Origin: Candidatus Dojkabacteria bacterium
Lineage (GTDB): Bacteria; Patescibacteriota; Dojkabacteria; SC72
Direction of reading: 5' to 3'
Length of the DNA: 53,366 nucleotides
Assembly: GCA_041656215.1 (NCBI GenBank)
Contig: JBBADY010000002.1
Location: 1-53,366, forward strand
Part shown: positions 1-8,708 of the stretch, piece after piece
How the letters are laid out: each line of letters begins with the position of its first letter
Numbering within the stretch: position 1 is the stretch's first letter
Notes under the pieces: generated by a model
Told to the model about the DNA's origin: nothing
The model's input: the letters and a program-made list of their open reading frames with translations, nothing else
The model's database searches: none
Position numbers and translations under genes: made by a program

Positions 1-269
1 ATATGCTTACAACTTTGCTTAAGTCTAACTGATTAGGTTCGGTTAGTATCTGATATTTCTTATCCCTAGTTAGGGGTTTCAGATAGTCATTACTAGGGTA
101 TATCTACTATCTCTTGTCGGTAGGGGGTATTAGTTGAATATAATTACTGAGCAAATAGAACTTTTTGTTAGATTTTTTAGTTTTGTTTGACTATATAAAT
201 CTAAATAGATTTGTAAATGACGCAGTTCTTAACTTTTGGACGTGGGTTCAACTCCCACCGTCTCCACCA
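1..269 (+). ncRNA. ssrA: tmRNA (ssrA), 5'-truncated by window edge
   Basis: 238-269 ggacgtgggttcaactcccaccgtctccacca matches the canonical tmRNA T-arm, acceptor and encoded CCA. A short tag frame, gct tac aac ttt gct taa (5-22), ends ...AYNFA-stop. Confidence 0.8.
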
Positions 270-296
270 TTTAAAGAAAATTCAAATAATATCGTA

Positions 297-1127
297 TTAT
301 TTCTGTAATGTCATACTATCAAGTATCTTATCTACAACTAGTAGATCTTCCTCTGATGCATTCATAGAGGCTCCATAGAAGTATGCTTCTCCAGTAAACC
401 CATCAGTATCAGTAAAGTTTAAACCATCAATTGTTAATACTCCTGATACACATGGTGCTTCAAAGTAATCATTATTAGGCTCTTCATCATAGAAGTATGT
501 TAACCCTATCCTTCTAAAGTCTCTATCTAACCATTTAAATTCAGAGTACTGTGTTGAAGTGTAATCTGTAATATTCATAGGTTCGCCTATTTCATCTGCC
601 ATAGATTGGTTTAATTCTAAATGAGAAGGATTGTAATCAGAGAACTTTGCATACATAGGGCACCCTATAAATCCAATACCTGAGACTGCTCTTACTGAGA
701 ATATCTCTTCAGTACCTTTCTTTATCTTCAAACCTGTAAACCCTTCATATACCGCATCTTCAACTAATGAATCTGTACCCTCTCCATCGTAGTACTCTTC
801 AATACTCCAACCATCTGGGAGTAGGGCTTTTACTGTCTCTCCTTCATACGGAGTCTCTTTTGGTTTATTATTCTCTTCTTTATTTTGATCTGTAATATCT
901 TCTCCTTCATCCTCTTGTAGTAGTACAGTCTTTTTATTGAATAAGGTATCAAATGTTCCATTCTTATACATAAAGAAAAGGGCGAGTATTAGTAGTAAGA
1001 AAAGGAGTATAGCGATTATTATTAATAGTACTTTTTGGCTTACACCTTTCTTTTTAGTAGGTTGTACTGTTTGTAATACACTGTTTTGTAAATCGTTAGG
1101 GTTATTTTCCATATCTTTAATATCCAA
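297..1127 (-). CDS. membrane-anchored hypothetical protein (one N-terminal TM, acidic linker, extracytoplasmic domain)
   Basis: 276-aa ORF with the hydrophobic segment LLIIIAILLFLLLILALFF. No family recognised. Confidence 0.55.
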   Translation of the reverse strand: MDIKDMENNPNDLQNSVLQTVQPTKKKGVSQKVLLIIIAILLFLLLILALFFMYKNGTFDTLFNKKTVLLQEDEGEDITDQNKEENNKPKETPYEGETVKALLPDGWSIEEYYDGEGTDSLVEDAVYEGFTGLKIKKGTEEIFSVRAVSGIGFIGCPMYAKFSDYNPSHLELNQSMADEIGEPMNITDYTSTQYSEFKWLDRDFRRIGLTYFYDEEPNNDYFEAPCVSGVLTIDGLNFTDTDGFTGEAYFYGASMNASEEDLLVVDKILDSMTLQK

Positions 1128-1174
1128 AGATTATATATTAATAGATTACATTGGAGAGAATTGAAAGACAAGAG

Positions 1175-1474
1175 TTAAAGCTCTACAGGGCATACAGTAC
1201 CATCATCACAGTATTCTGTATTTTCTGATGTACATGCTTTCTCTGTACATACAGTTTCACCATCATAGCAAAAGCATGTATTACAGCCATCAGTAGAGGG
1301 ATATGTTTCTTTATCTGCATATGCCCATCCGTTATATTCACATCTATTGGGTTCTCTAAAGAGAGAGGTATTTTCTGTATAGAAGACGTAGCTGACTAAC
1401 CCTATTGTAATAGTTGCTAATGTAATGATAATACCGGTAAGGAAGCTATTCTTTTTCTCTAATTCATTATCCAT
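1175..1474 (-). CDS. small membrane-anchored cysteine-rich protein (8 Cys)
   Basis: 99-aa ORF. N-terminal TM followed by C-x18-CNTCFC-x2-G-x3-CT-x3-C plus two further Cys. Confidence 0.5.
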   Translation of the reverse strand: MDNELEKKNSFLTGIIITLATITIGLVSYVFYTENTSLFREPNRCEYNGWAYADKETYPSTDGCNTCFCYDGETVCTEKACTSENTEYCDDGTVCPVEL

Positions 1475-1522
1475 ATCTTCAATATACTATATTACTAACT
1501 ACTGTTCTAGAGTTTAACATCT

Positions 1523-3133
1523 TTACTCTTTACCAGAGAGTAATCCCTTTAGGTTATCCATACTGTTAAAGATATGTACTCTTGAAAGAGATAGACGATT
1601 TTTAAGGATATGATCTATTGATCTCCCACAGCTTACTCCGAGAAGATACCCTGCCTCTTTAACATATGGATATCCCTTAGAATCTATCACACAGCCAGGG
1701 TAGGCGATAGAGAGAACTTCTTGCCCTGTTGCACCTCTTAAGGTATTTCTACTACCAACTATTTCAGTACTTAGTGTGGATGTATTGTAAACTTTTGTTA
1801 GGTCTGGATGTGTACTTGTATGTGAATCTATTATCATTCCACTGTTTGACATCTCTCTTAGTTGATCATATGTAATGAAGGATCTTCCTGTTACTACATA
1901 AAAAACTCCTGTTAATCCATATTTTTTAAGTAATCTATATCCATTCTCATACTGACTTTTCGTACTGTCATCAAAGGTTAGCATTACACTCTTTTGAGAA
2001 GGGTTAGTAGCCAAGTTTAGCTGATCATACAGTTCATGTGGTGTGATACTTTTATAATTCTTTTTTACTAGATATGCTAACTGTTCTTCGAATATCTCTG
2101 GTGTAACATACAAACCTTTAAGAAAAGAGGATCCATCAATAGGCATAGCTTCTATTTGATGATACATAATTATTGGGATTCTAACAGTTCCACCTCTTTG
2201 CTCTGTAGGTACTATGTCATACCCTTCATTAAAGTTTTCATCGTTAATTGTAAACTCCTCAGATATTGTAATAGGGGATATGTATATTTTATTTTCTTTT
2301 ACTACTAATCTCCAATATATATTTCCAGATCTATTCAAGTCAGGACTGTATATTACATCTATCAGATTATTTTTTAATCTACTAGCGGTATTTAAATCTG
2401 GGGAGTCTTTTGAGTATGTTACTAAGTCGTTAAGTAGAGTAGTTATGTGTGTAATCTGTCGAGATTTATCTAATTGAGTATTTCTTAATATCCTTAATTT
2501 AAAATATGCACTATTTATACTTTCGCTATCTAAATCAATAGCGAAATCTTTAAGTTGAGGGAAGTTACGAATGGTATTACTAGTTACAGAAAGAGGAAGA
2601 GTTTTGTATATTGAAAGTTCATCTTTTATATATTCTTGATATATATTACTACTGAGAGTGCCTGTTTCTAATGACTTAGAGAAGATATCTCTATACTGTA
2701 GAGGGATATAGCTGGTATCTTTTATGAATTCTGAATCTAGATATATATTTATATATTCTTGAGGAATATAGATAGGAAGATCCTTCTCTATTAGATATGC
2801 ATATGCAGAAGATATATCTGTTTGGTCACTCTTTACAATACTCTCGCCATACAGAAGTAAAGAGGTTTTCTGATGTTGGGTAAGTGAAATATTTAGAGTG
2901 CTGAGTACTGAATCGTAATCTTGTGGGAATTTAGGCAGGTCAGTATCTATACCTACTGTAGTTACAGTATATGAAGGCATCTCTATCTCTTTAATACTTT
3001 CTTTTATAGTTGGCTCTGTTACTGTATTAGATTTTGTATGACTGTTTTCTAGAAGATATGCCCCGGAGAGTAGTAGGAGAGATATGAGAAGTCCAAATCT
3101 TAAAAGTATAGATGATTTAGAGTGTTCTCTCAT
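1523..3133 (-). CDS. polysaccharide deacetylase (NodB domain) with a long N-terminal extracytoplasmic region
   Basis: C-terminal motifs LTFDD and DSHTSTHPDL. I place the start at ATG 3133 (MREHSKSS.. plus TM), because the longer ORF runs into tRNA-Ser. Confidence 0.8.
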   Translation of the reverse strand: MREHSKSSILLRFGLLISLLLLSGAYLLENSHTKSNTVTEPTIKESIKEIEMPSYTVTTVGIDTDLPKFPQDYDSVLSTLNISLTQHQKTSLLLYGESIVKSDQTDISSAYAYLIEKDLPIYIPQEYINIYLDSEFIKDTSYIPLQYRDIFSKSLETGTLSSNIYQEYIKDELSIYKTLPLSVTSNTIRNFPQLKDFAIDLDSESINSAYFKLRILRNTQLDKSRQITHITTLLNDLVTYSKDSPDLNTASRLKNNLIDVIYSPDLNRSGNIYWRLVVKENKIYISPITISEEFTINDENFNEGYDIVPTEQRGGTVRIPIIMYHQIEAMPIDGSSFLKGLYVTPEIFEEQLAYLVKKNYKSITPHELYDQLNLATNPSQKSVMLTFDDSTKSQYENGYRLLKKYGLTGVFYVVTGRSFITYDQLREMSNSGMIIDSHTSTHPDLTKVYNTSTLSTEIVGSRNTLRGATGQEVLSIAYPGCVIDSKGYPYVKEAGYLLGVSCGRSIDHILKNRLSLSRVHIFNSMDNLKGLLSGKE

Positions 3134-3162
3134 TTTAATTCCTTTTATGTAAATTTCTTTTC

Positions 3163-3255
3163 TGGCGGAGAGGGCGGGATTTGAACCCGCGGTAGGCTTT
3201 AAAGGCCTACGACTCGTTAGCAGTGAGTTCCTTTCGACCACTCAGGCACCTCTCC
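3163..3255 (-). tRNA. tRNA-Ser (anticodon GCT), CCA encoded
   Basis: The reverse complement folds as GGAGAGG...CCTCTCC-G-CCA. Anticodon loop is CTGCTAA and there is a long variable arm. Confidence 0.93.
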
Positions 3256-3309
3256 TAAACGCTGTAATTATATCATAATTTTCGGGTGGATATAGATATG
3301 GATTTCCTC

Positions 3310-3315
3310 TAAAAT
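3310..3315 (+). promoter_or_regulatory. -10 element TAAAAT, 6 nt upstream of the nfo ATG (leaderless candidate)
   Basis: taaaat-attact-ATG(3322). Confidence 0.4.
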
Positions 3316-3321
3316 ATTACT

Positions 3322-4191
3322 ATGTACTTAGGAGCACATGTATCCTCCAGTGGAGGTATTGAAAATGCAATAAAAGAGGGGGATAAGTATAAGATAAACA
3401 GTATACAGATGATGCCTACTGCCCCTATGAGATGGGCTACCAAAAAGATCCCTGATGAGAGTATAGAGGCTTTTGTAGAGGCCCTTAAGGGTAGTGTTGT
3501 GAAGAAGATTTTAATACACGGTATATATCTAACCAATTTAGCTAGGAAGGACAAACAACTCTTCCATATGGGTAAGATGGGGTTAGCCGTATATTTAGAT
3601 TTTGCAAATAGAGTAGGTGAGTTAATTAAAAAGAATGACTTAGATGTTGAGATATTGGGTGTATGTTTTCATCCGGGATCTCAAAAAGAGCTTAACTATG
3701 AAGACAGTTTAGAGAGAATATCGTACGGTATAGATTGGGTATTAAATGAGGTAGGAGGAGATCAGTGGTTACTAATAGAGTCTACAGCGGGTACAGGCTC
3801 TAACATGGGTAGAAGTTTTACAGAGCTAAAGGGTATGAGAGATGGTAGTAAGGGAAAGGATAGGGTTGGGTATGTTCTAGATACTCAGCATACATACGCT
3901 GCTGGATATGATTGGGTTAGTGATATAGATAGTGTGGTAGAGGAGATTGGAGAGACATTAGGGTTTGATAGGGTTAAGGCTATTCATCTAAACGATTCTC
4001 TCATGGCTTTAGGTTCTAACAAGGATAGGCATGCTAATCTTGGAGAGGGTAAATTGGGTAAAGATACTGTACACGACATATTGCACAGGAAAGAGTTTAA
4101 AGATATTCCTTTCATATTAGAAACTCCAGCATTAAAGAGTTCTACTACAATGGGTGAGGAGATAGAAAAGTTAAAAGAGTTGTCTAAGTAA
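3322..4191 (+). CDS. nfo: endonuclease IV (AP endonuclease family 2)
   Basis: N-terminus MYLGAHVSSSGG. Length of 289 aa and TIM-barrel xylose-isomerase-like motifs (HPGS, LETP) are typical of Nfo. Confidence 0.88.
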   Translation: MYLGAHVSSSGGIENAIKEGDKYKINSIQMMPTAPMRWATKKIPDESIEAFVEALKGSVVKKILIHGIYLTNLARKDKQLFHMGKMGLAVYLDFANRVGELIKKNDLDVEILGVCFHPGSQKELNYEDSLERISYGIDWVLNEVGGDQWLLIESTAGTGSNMGRSFTELKGMRDGSKGKDRVGYVLDTQHTYAAGYDWVSDIDSVVEEIGETLGFDRVKAIHLNDSLMALGSNKDRHANLGEGKLGKDTVHDILHRKEFKDIPFILETPALKSSTTMGEEIEKLKELSK

Positions 4192-7100
4192 TGAATGTAA
4201 ATCTAAATGAAAAACAGAAGTTAGCAGTACAACATAAAAAAGGTGCGCTACTAATTATTGCAGGTGCAGGTACTGGTAAGACTGCAGTTATTACACAAAG
4301 AATTCTTCATATCATTAATAGTAAGTGGGCTAAGCCTAGTGAGATATTAGCATTAACATTTACAGATAAAGCAGCACAAGAGATGTTAGCTAGGGTAGAT
4401 GAGAATCTTCCTCTAAGCTATGGGGACATATGGATTTCAACTTTTCACTCCTTCTGTGATCGTATCTTAAGACAGGAAGGCCAATATATTGGTCTTGATA
4501 CAAACTACTCTATGATGTCCTCTGCAGAAAGCTATATATTCTTTAGGAAGAATCTTTTCAATTTTTCTTTAAAGAAGTTTAGACCGTATGGTAATCCAAC
4601 TAAGTTCATTGATGACATACTTAAACATTTCTCACGTTTACAAGATGAAGATGTATCTCCTGATGATTACATAGCTTTTGCAAAGAAGTTACCTAAGAGA
4701 ACAAAAGAACAGAAAGAGGAGTATGAGGATACATTAGAGTTAGCTACTGTATATGAGCAGTATACAGAGTTAAAGATAGAGAACTCCAAGATTGATTTTG
4801 GAGATTTAATAATCCTTACCATTAAGCTTTTTAGAGAGAAGCCTAATGTGTTGAAGAGGTATAAAGAGAGATTTAAATATGTATTGGTTGATGAATTCCA
4901 AGATACTAATCATACTCAAAATGTTTTAGTTAATATCCTCTGTGGTTTTGATCCTAAGTATGATATTGAGAAGGTAGGTAAGATTAATCCAAATCTTACT
5001 GTAGTAGGGGATGATGATCAGGCTATATACAAGTTTAGAGGAGCCGCTATCTCAAATATATTGCAATTTAAACAGTACTACCCTAAAGCAAAGGAGGTGG
5101 TTTTAGTTGAAAACTACAGATCTAGACAGGAAATATTAGATAGTGCATATGCATTAATATCGCATAACAATCCGTACAGATTAGAGATAACAGAGAAGAT
5201 AGAGAAGAGATTAATATCAAGAGTACCTTTTGAAAAGGATGATGATATTGTTAATTTGGTAGTAGCTCAGGATGAAGATAGTGAGGCAGAGTGGATATCA
5301 AAAGAGATATTAGAATTGACAGGATATGGAGAGAATATTGAAGGAGAGAGAGCACAGAGGTTTGATCAAGAGGGACAATCTAGATTTGTGGAGTTAGTTC
5401 CAGATAGGGAGTATAAATTTAATGATATAGCTATCTTAGTTAGAGCAAATGCACATGCAGATGTGATAATAAAGAATCTTAGATATTTAGGAATACCGTA
5501 TAAGATTGGTGGTTCAAGAGGTTTGTATTTTAGGGATGAGATAAAGTTCTTAATCTCATTTCTTAAGGTATTGGTTGACTACAAAGATGGTATATCTACA
5601 TATAAAGTTTTAACATTACCTCAATGGAATCTTTCAGCTAGAGAGTTCATTGAGATAAATAGATTAGCTAGAGAGAATAAGCTATCCATATTAGAAGAGT
5701 TAGAGGGATTGTTACAGATAAAGCTAGGAGAGGAGAAAATAGAGACATTTGATCTCTCTACTAGCAATGTATTAGACAAGATACTTTCTGATGATGCTAA
5801 AGAGGGGCTAGGAATGTTTCTTAAGATAGTGAATGAAAGTATATTAAAGATTAAGGATGGGAAGAGCACAGGAGAAATACTTTATGATTTTGTACAGGAT
5901 AGTGGATATTTAGATTCTCTTGTTAAAAAGGGTGACTCACAAGCACACTTTGAGATATCCAATATTTCGAAATTCTTTCACTTAATGCAGGAGTATGAAA
6001 AAAATAATGTAGATACCAATATATATGAATATGTAGATTACCTTGATTACAGTATAGAGGTAGGAGATTCTCCATTAGTAGATCTAATGGATATGGCAGA
6101 GTATGATGCAGTAAATATTCTTACAGTACATAGCTCTAAAGGATTAGAATTCCCTATTGTATTTTTAGCAAATCTTGTATCTGATAGGTTTCCATCTCAA
6201 AATAGAAAGGATACTATCCCAATTCCAGAGGGGTTAATTAAAGAGCAGCTATCTGGACTAGAAGAGAAAGAGGAGCATTTGCAGGAGGAGAGAAGGCTCT
6301 TCTATGTAGGTACTACTAGAGCAAAGGAGAAGCTGTATCTTACTGCTGCCAACTATTACGGTGGTGCTAAGCGTAAGAAAAAGGGTAGTATATTTCTACA
6401 CGAACTTTTAGATAGGGATATTACAGAGGAGTTTGATAAGCCTAAAGTATTAAAAAAAGAAAAGATTACTGATATGTATATACATGAAGAGAAGGAAAAT
6501 ATATTACCTAAAGATCTAAAGATGAACTTAGGTAAGAGAGTTAGTTACTCTCAAATTAATATATACCAGGAGTGTCCTAAGAAGTATGAATATGCATATG
6601 TTTTACAGCTACCCTCTAGACCGAATGCTGCCTTCTCATTTGGTACTACAGTGCATAACGCTCTCAAGGATTTCTATACAATAGTTAGAATGTCTAAGGA
6701 GGGGTTAGGTTTAACAGAGGGACCATCTAAGGAGGATTTAGTTTCTCTTTTTAAGAAGAATTGGATATCGATAGGGTATGAGAGTAAGAAGCATGAGATG
6801 GAGAGGAAGAAGAATGGTGAAAGAATGATGAAGGAGTACTATGAGAAAGTATTTAATGAGAAGCAGACTCCGTATCGTTTAGAGGAATCTTTCACTGTGC
6901 ACCTTAAAGATAGTACCTTTGTTGGTAAGATAGATAGGATGGATTTAGTAGAGATGAAAGATGGTGTTGCTCATGTTGAAATTATCGATTACAAGACTGG
7001 TAAGGAGAAGAGTAAGAGTGATATAAAGAAGGATTTACAATTACCTTTGTACAGTATATTCGCAGAGCGAAGTCTTGGGGTAAAAGTTAAAGCTGCTAAG

Positions 7101-7286
7101 TATGTATTTGTTGAACATGGTAGTGAGATTGAGGTAGATATCTCGCAGAAGAGAAAAGATCAGGCATTGGAGAATATAGATACTGTTATTGCAGGTATTA
7201 AAAGCCAAGAGTTTGGTGCTACTCCTGATATGTTTAAGTGTAAATATTGTGATTACAGGAACATATGTGAGGATGCTATTTTATAA
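4191..7286 (+). CDS. UvrD/PcrA-type superfamily-1 helicase fused to a C-terminal PD-(D/E)XK (RecB/Cas4-like) nuclease with a Cys cluster
   Basis: Helicase motifs: Walker A AGAGTGKT, DEFQDTN, VGDDDQAIYKFRGA, VHSSKGLEF. Nuclease motifs: IDRMD...EIIDYKTGK. Cysteines: C in QECPKKYEY plus CKYCDYRNIC. The start overlaps the nfo stop (TAATG). Confidence 0.88.
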   Translation: MNVNLNEKQKLAVQHKKGALLIIAGAGTGKTAVITQRILHIINSKWAKPSEILALTFTDKAAQEMLARVDENLPLSYGDIWISTFHSFCDRILRQEGQYIGLDTNYSMMSSAESYIFFRKNLFNFSLKKFRPYGNPTKFIDDILKHFSRLQDEDVSPDDYIAFAKKLPKRTKEQKEEYEDTLELATVYEQYTELKIENSKIDFGDLIILTIKLFREKPNVLKRYKERFKYVLVDEFQDTNHTQNVLVNILCGFDPKYDIEKVGKINPNLTVVGDDDQAIYKFRGAAISNILQFKQYYPKAKEVVLVENYRSRQEILDSAYALISHNNPYRLEITEKIEKRLISRVPFEKDDDIVNLVVAQDEDSEAEWISKEILELTGYGENIEGERAQRFDQEGQSRFVELVPDREYKFNDIAILVRANAHADVIIKNLRYLGIPYKIGGSRGLYFRDEIKFLISFLKVLVDYKDGISTYKVLTLPQWNLSAREFIEINRLARENKLSILEELEGLLQIKLGEEKIETFDLSTSNVLDKILSDDAKEGLGMFLKIVNESILKIKDGKSTGEILYDFVQDSGYLDSLVKKGDSQAHFEISNISKFFHLMQEYEKNNVDTNIYEYVDYLDYSIEVGDSPLVDLMDMAEYDAVNILTVHSSKGLEFPIVFLANLVSDRFPSQNRKDTIPIPEGLIKEQLSGLEEKEEHLQEERRLFYVGTTRAKEKLYLTAANYYGGAKRKKKGSIFLHELLDRDITEEFDKPKVLKKEKITDMYIHEEKENILPKDLKMNLGKRVSYSQINIYQECPKKYEYAYVLQLPSRPNAAFSFGTTVHNALKDFYTIVRMSKEGLGLTEGPSKEDLVSLFKKNWISIGYESKKHEMERKKNGERMMKEYYEKVFNEKQTPYRLEESFTVHLKDSTFVGKIDRMDLVEMKDGVAHVEIIDYKTGKEKSKSDIKKDLQLPLYSIFAERSLGVKVKAAKYVFVEHGSEIEVDISQKRKDQALENIDTVIAGIKSQEFGATPDMFKCKYCDYRNICEDAIL

Positions 7287-7314
7287 TTGGGTTTAATATA
7301 TTACTTATTTCTAG

Positions 7315-7320
7315 TATAAT
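7315..7320 (+). promoter_or_regulatory. -10 element TATAAT, 5 nt upstream of the pilin-1 ATG
   Basis: tagTATAAT-tgcgc-ATG(7326). Confidence 0.5.
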
Positions 7321-7325
7321 TGCGC

Positions 7326-7643
7326 ATGTTTAGAACAAATATATATGCAAATTCACTAAGTGATGCTCTTAAGGGAGTAAATGATCTTTCAGAAGCTTCT
7401 GATGTTGGTAGCTTTATGGACTCTATTATCTCTCTAGCTATACCATTAGCAGTATTCTCTGTCTTCGTACTCTTAGTCTTTGCTGCATATCAACTTATGA
7501 CAAGTAAAGGGGACCCAGATAAGCTTAAGCAGGGTAAAGAGGTTATAACGAACGCCATTATTGGTTTCCTCTTTATACTAATGTCTGTTGCTATACTTCT
7601 TTTAATAAGTAATTTGTTTGGAATAAATATTAGTGGAAGTTAA
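7326..7643 (+). CDS. VirB2/TrbC-like (T4SS-type) pilin paralogue 1
   Basis: Two TM helices flank the loop motif TSKGDPDKLKQGK. The ATG at 7326 is preferred over the TTG at 7320. Confidence 0.7.
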   Translation: MFRTNIYANSLSDALKGVNDLSEASDVGSFMDSIISLAIPLAVFSVFVLLVFAAYQLMTSKGDPDKLKQGKEVITNAIIGFLFILMSVAILLLISNLFGINISGS

Positions 7644-7959
7644 GAATAAAAATATAATACCTTTAGGTGTAACAATAGGGGGATACTCATTTGAAGCACC
7701 TGCATTGAAAGAGGGTTTTACTACAGTAGAGGGAGTTATGGATATTGTTGTATTTGGATTAAATACTCTTGTAGGTTTAGCAGCTCTTGTTGCAGTAGCT
7801 ATGATTATATATTCTGGTTTTACATTTATCACAGCAGCTGGGGATCCAGAGAAAGTTCAGAAAGGTAGTGGTGCATTAACTGCTTCTATTATTGGATTAA
7901 TCATAGTATTTATAGCTAGAATAGTTGTAGTCTTCCTATTAGAAAATATATTGGTCTAA
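7633..7959 (+). CDS. VirB2/TrbC-like pilin paralogue 2
   Basis: GTG start overlaps the end of paralogue 1 by 11 nt. Sequence reads AALVAVAMIIYSGFTFITAAGDPEKVQKG followed by a second TM. Confidence 0.7.
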   Translation: MEVKNKNIIPLGVTIGGYSFEAPALKEGFTTVEGVMDIVVFGLNTLVGLAALVAVAMIIYSGFTFITAAGDPEKVQKGSGALTASIIGLIIVFIARIVVVFLLENILV

Positions 7960-8025
7960 GGTGTTGCATTAGCCTTAGTACTATCATATAATCAAATGCT
8001 AAATATAAAATATTATATATACAAA

Positions 8026-8385
8026 ATGAAGAATCCTTTAGCAAAAATATCAGGTGGAGCACTTGCTCTTTATGTAGGTTTTACAGGACTAGTAGGTCAA
8101 GCTTTTGCACAAAAGAAAGCAAGCGAATGGATCGGTGGTATTGAAGGCGTAGATTCAAGCTTAGACTCTTGGGTAGTAGTAATGCTTAACTGGGCTATTG
8201 GATTAGCAGCTTTAGCTGCAGTAGCAATGTTAGTAGCAGCAGGTTTTATGTTTATTACTGCTAATGGTGATGAGGGTAAGGTAGAGAAGGCAACAAAGAC
8301 ATTAACATTTGCAATCATTGGACTTGTTGTATGTTTCATTGCTGTAATGCTTGTAAGATTTGTATTAACAAGTTTCTTACAGTAA
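8026..8385 (+). CDS. VirB2/TrbC-like pilin paralogue 3, with Sec-type signal peptide
   Basis: MKNPLAKISGGALALYVGFTGLVGQAFA/QKK, then AALAAVAMLVAAGFMFITANGDEGKVEKATK and a second TM. An alternative in-frame ATG lies at 7996. Confidence 0.7.
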   Translation: MKNPLAKISGGALALYVGFTGLVGQAFAQKKASEWIGGIEGVDSSLDSWVVVMLNWAIGLAALAAVAMLVAAGFMFITANGDEGKVEKATKTLTFAIIGLVVCFIAVMLVRFVLTSFLQ

Positions 8386-8402
8386 TTTTTTGAATTTAAA
8401 CT

Positions 8403-8427
8403 AGGGCCCGCTTGGGCCCTTTTTTTT
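8403..8427 (+). terminator. Rho-independent terminator inside the pilin array
   Basis: Stem AGGGCCC-gctt-GGGCCCT followed by T8. Confidence 0.8.
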
Positions 8428-8433
8428 ACTATT

Positions 8434-8706
8434 ATGAACATAGATTTAAACAACATAACTACGGTAAGTCATGTAGATTTTGCAGGCTTTATTATAGAGA
8501 TCCTTAATTGGGCTATTAATTTATCAGCTATTTTAGCTGTAATCATGATTGTAGCTGCAGGGTTTCAATATATCATCTCTATGGGAGATGAAAAGAAGAT
8601 AGCTGCTGCTAACAAGTCATTGATATTTTCCTTAGTTGGAATGATACTGGTATTTCTAGCACCTTCTGTTATACAATTCATCATAGATAACTTTTTGGGA
8701 ATGTAA
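8434..8706 (+). CDS. VirB2/TrbC-like pilin paralogue 4
   Basis: AILAVIMIVAAGFQYIISMGDEKKIAAANK followed by a second TM. Confidence 0.65.
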   Translation: MNIDLNNITTVSHVDFAGFIIEILNWAINLSAILAVIMIVAAGFQYIISMGDEKKIAAANKSLIFSLVGMILVFLAPSVIQFIIDNFLGM

Positions 8707-8708
8707 CT

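Noticed and set aside
3134-3241. N-terminal 36 codons of the ORF-track frame 1523..3241 (MVERNSLLTSRRPLKPTAGSNPALSARK...).
   Set aside because: This stretch is the antisense of nothing coding. It overlaps tRNA-Ser(GCT) at 3163-3255 on the same strand. The real start is the ATG at 3133, which is followed by a signal-anchor.
7996-8025. The upstream ATG at 7996 as the start of pilin paralogue 3, and the TTG/GTG upstream starts at 7320, 40921, 42264 and 46643 used by the ORF track.
   Set aside because: Downstream ATGs give canonical signal peptides or family-typical N-termini (8026 MKNPLAK.., 46676 MLKSNCSK.., 40972 for Rho) and sit better relative to -10 boxes. The upstream options cannot be fully excluded.
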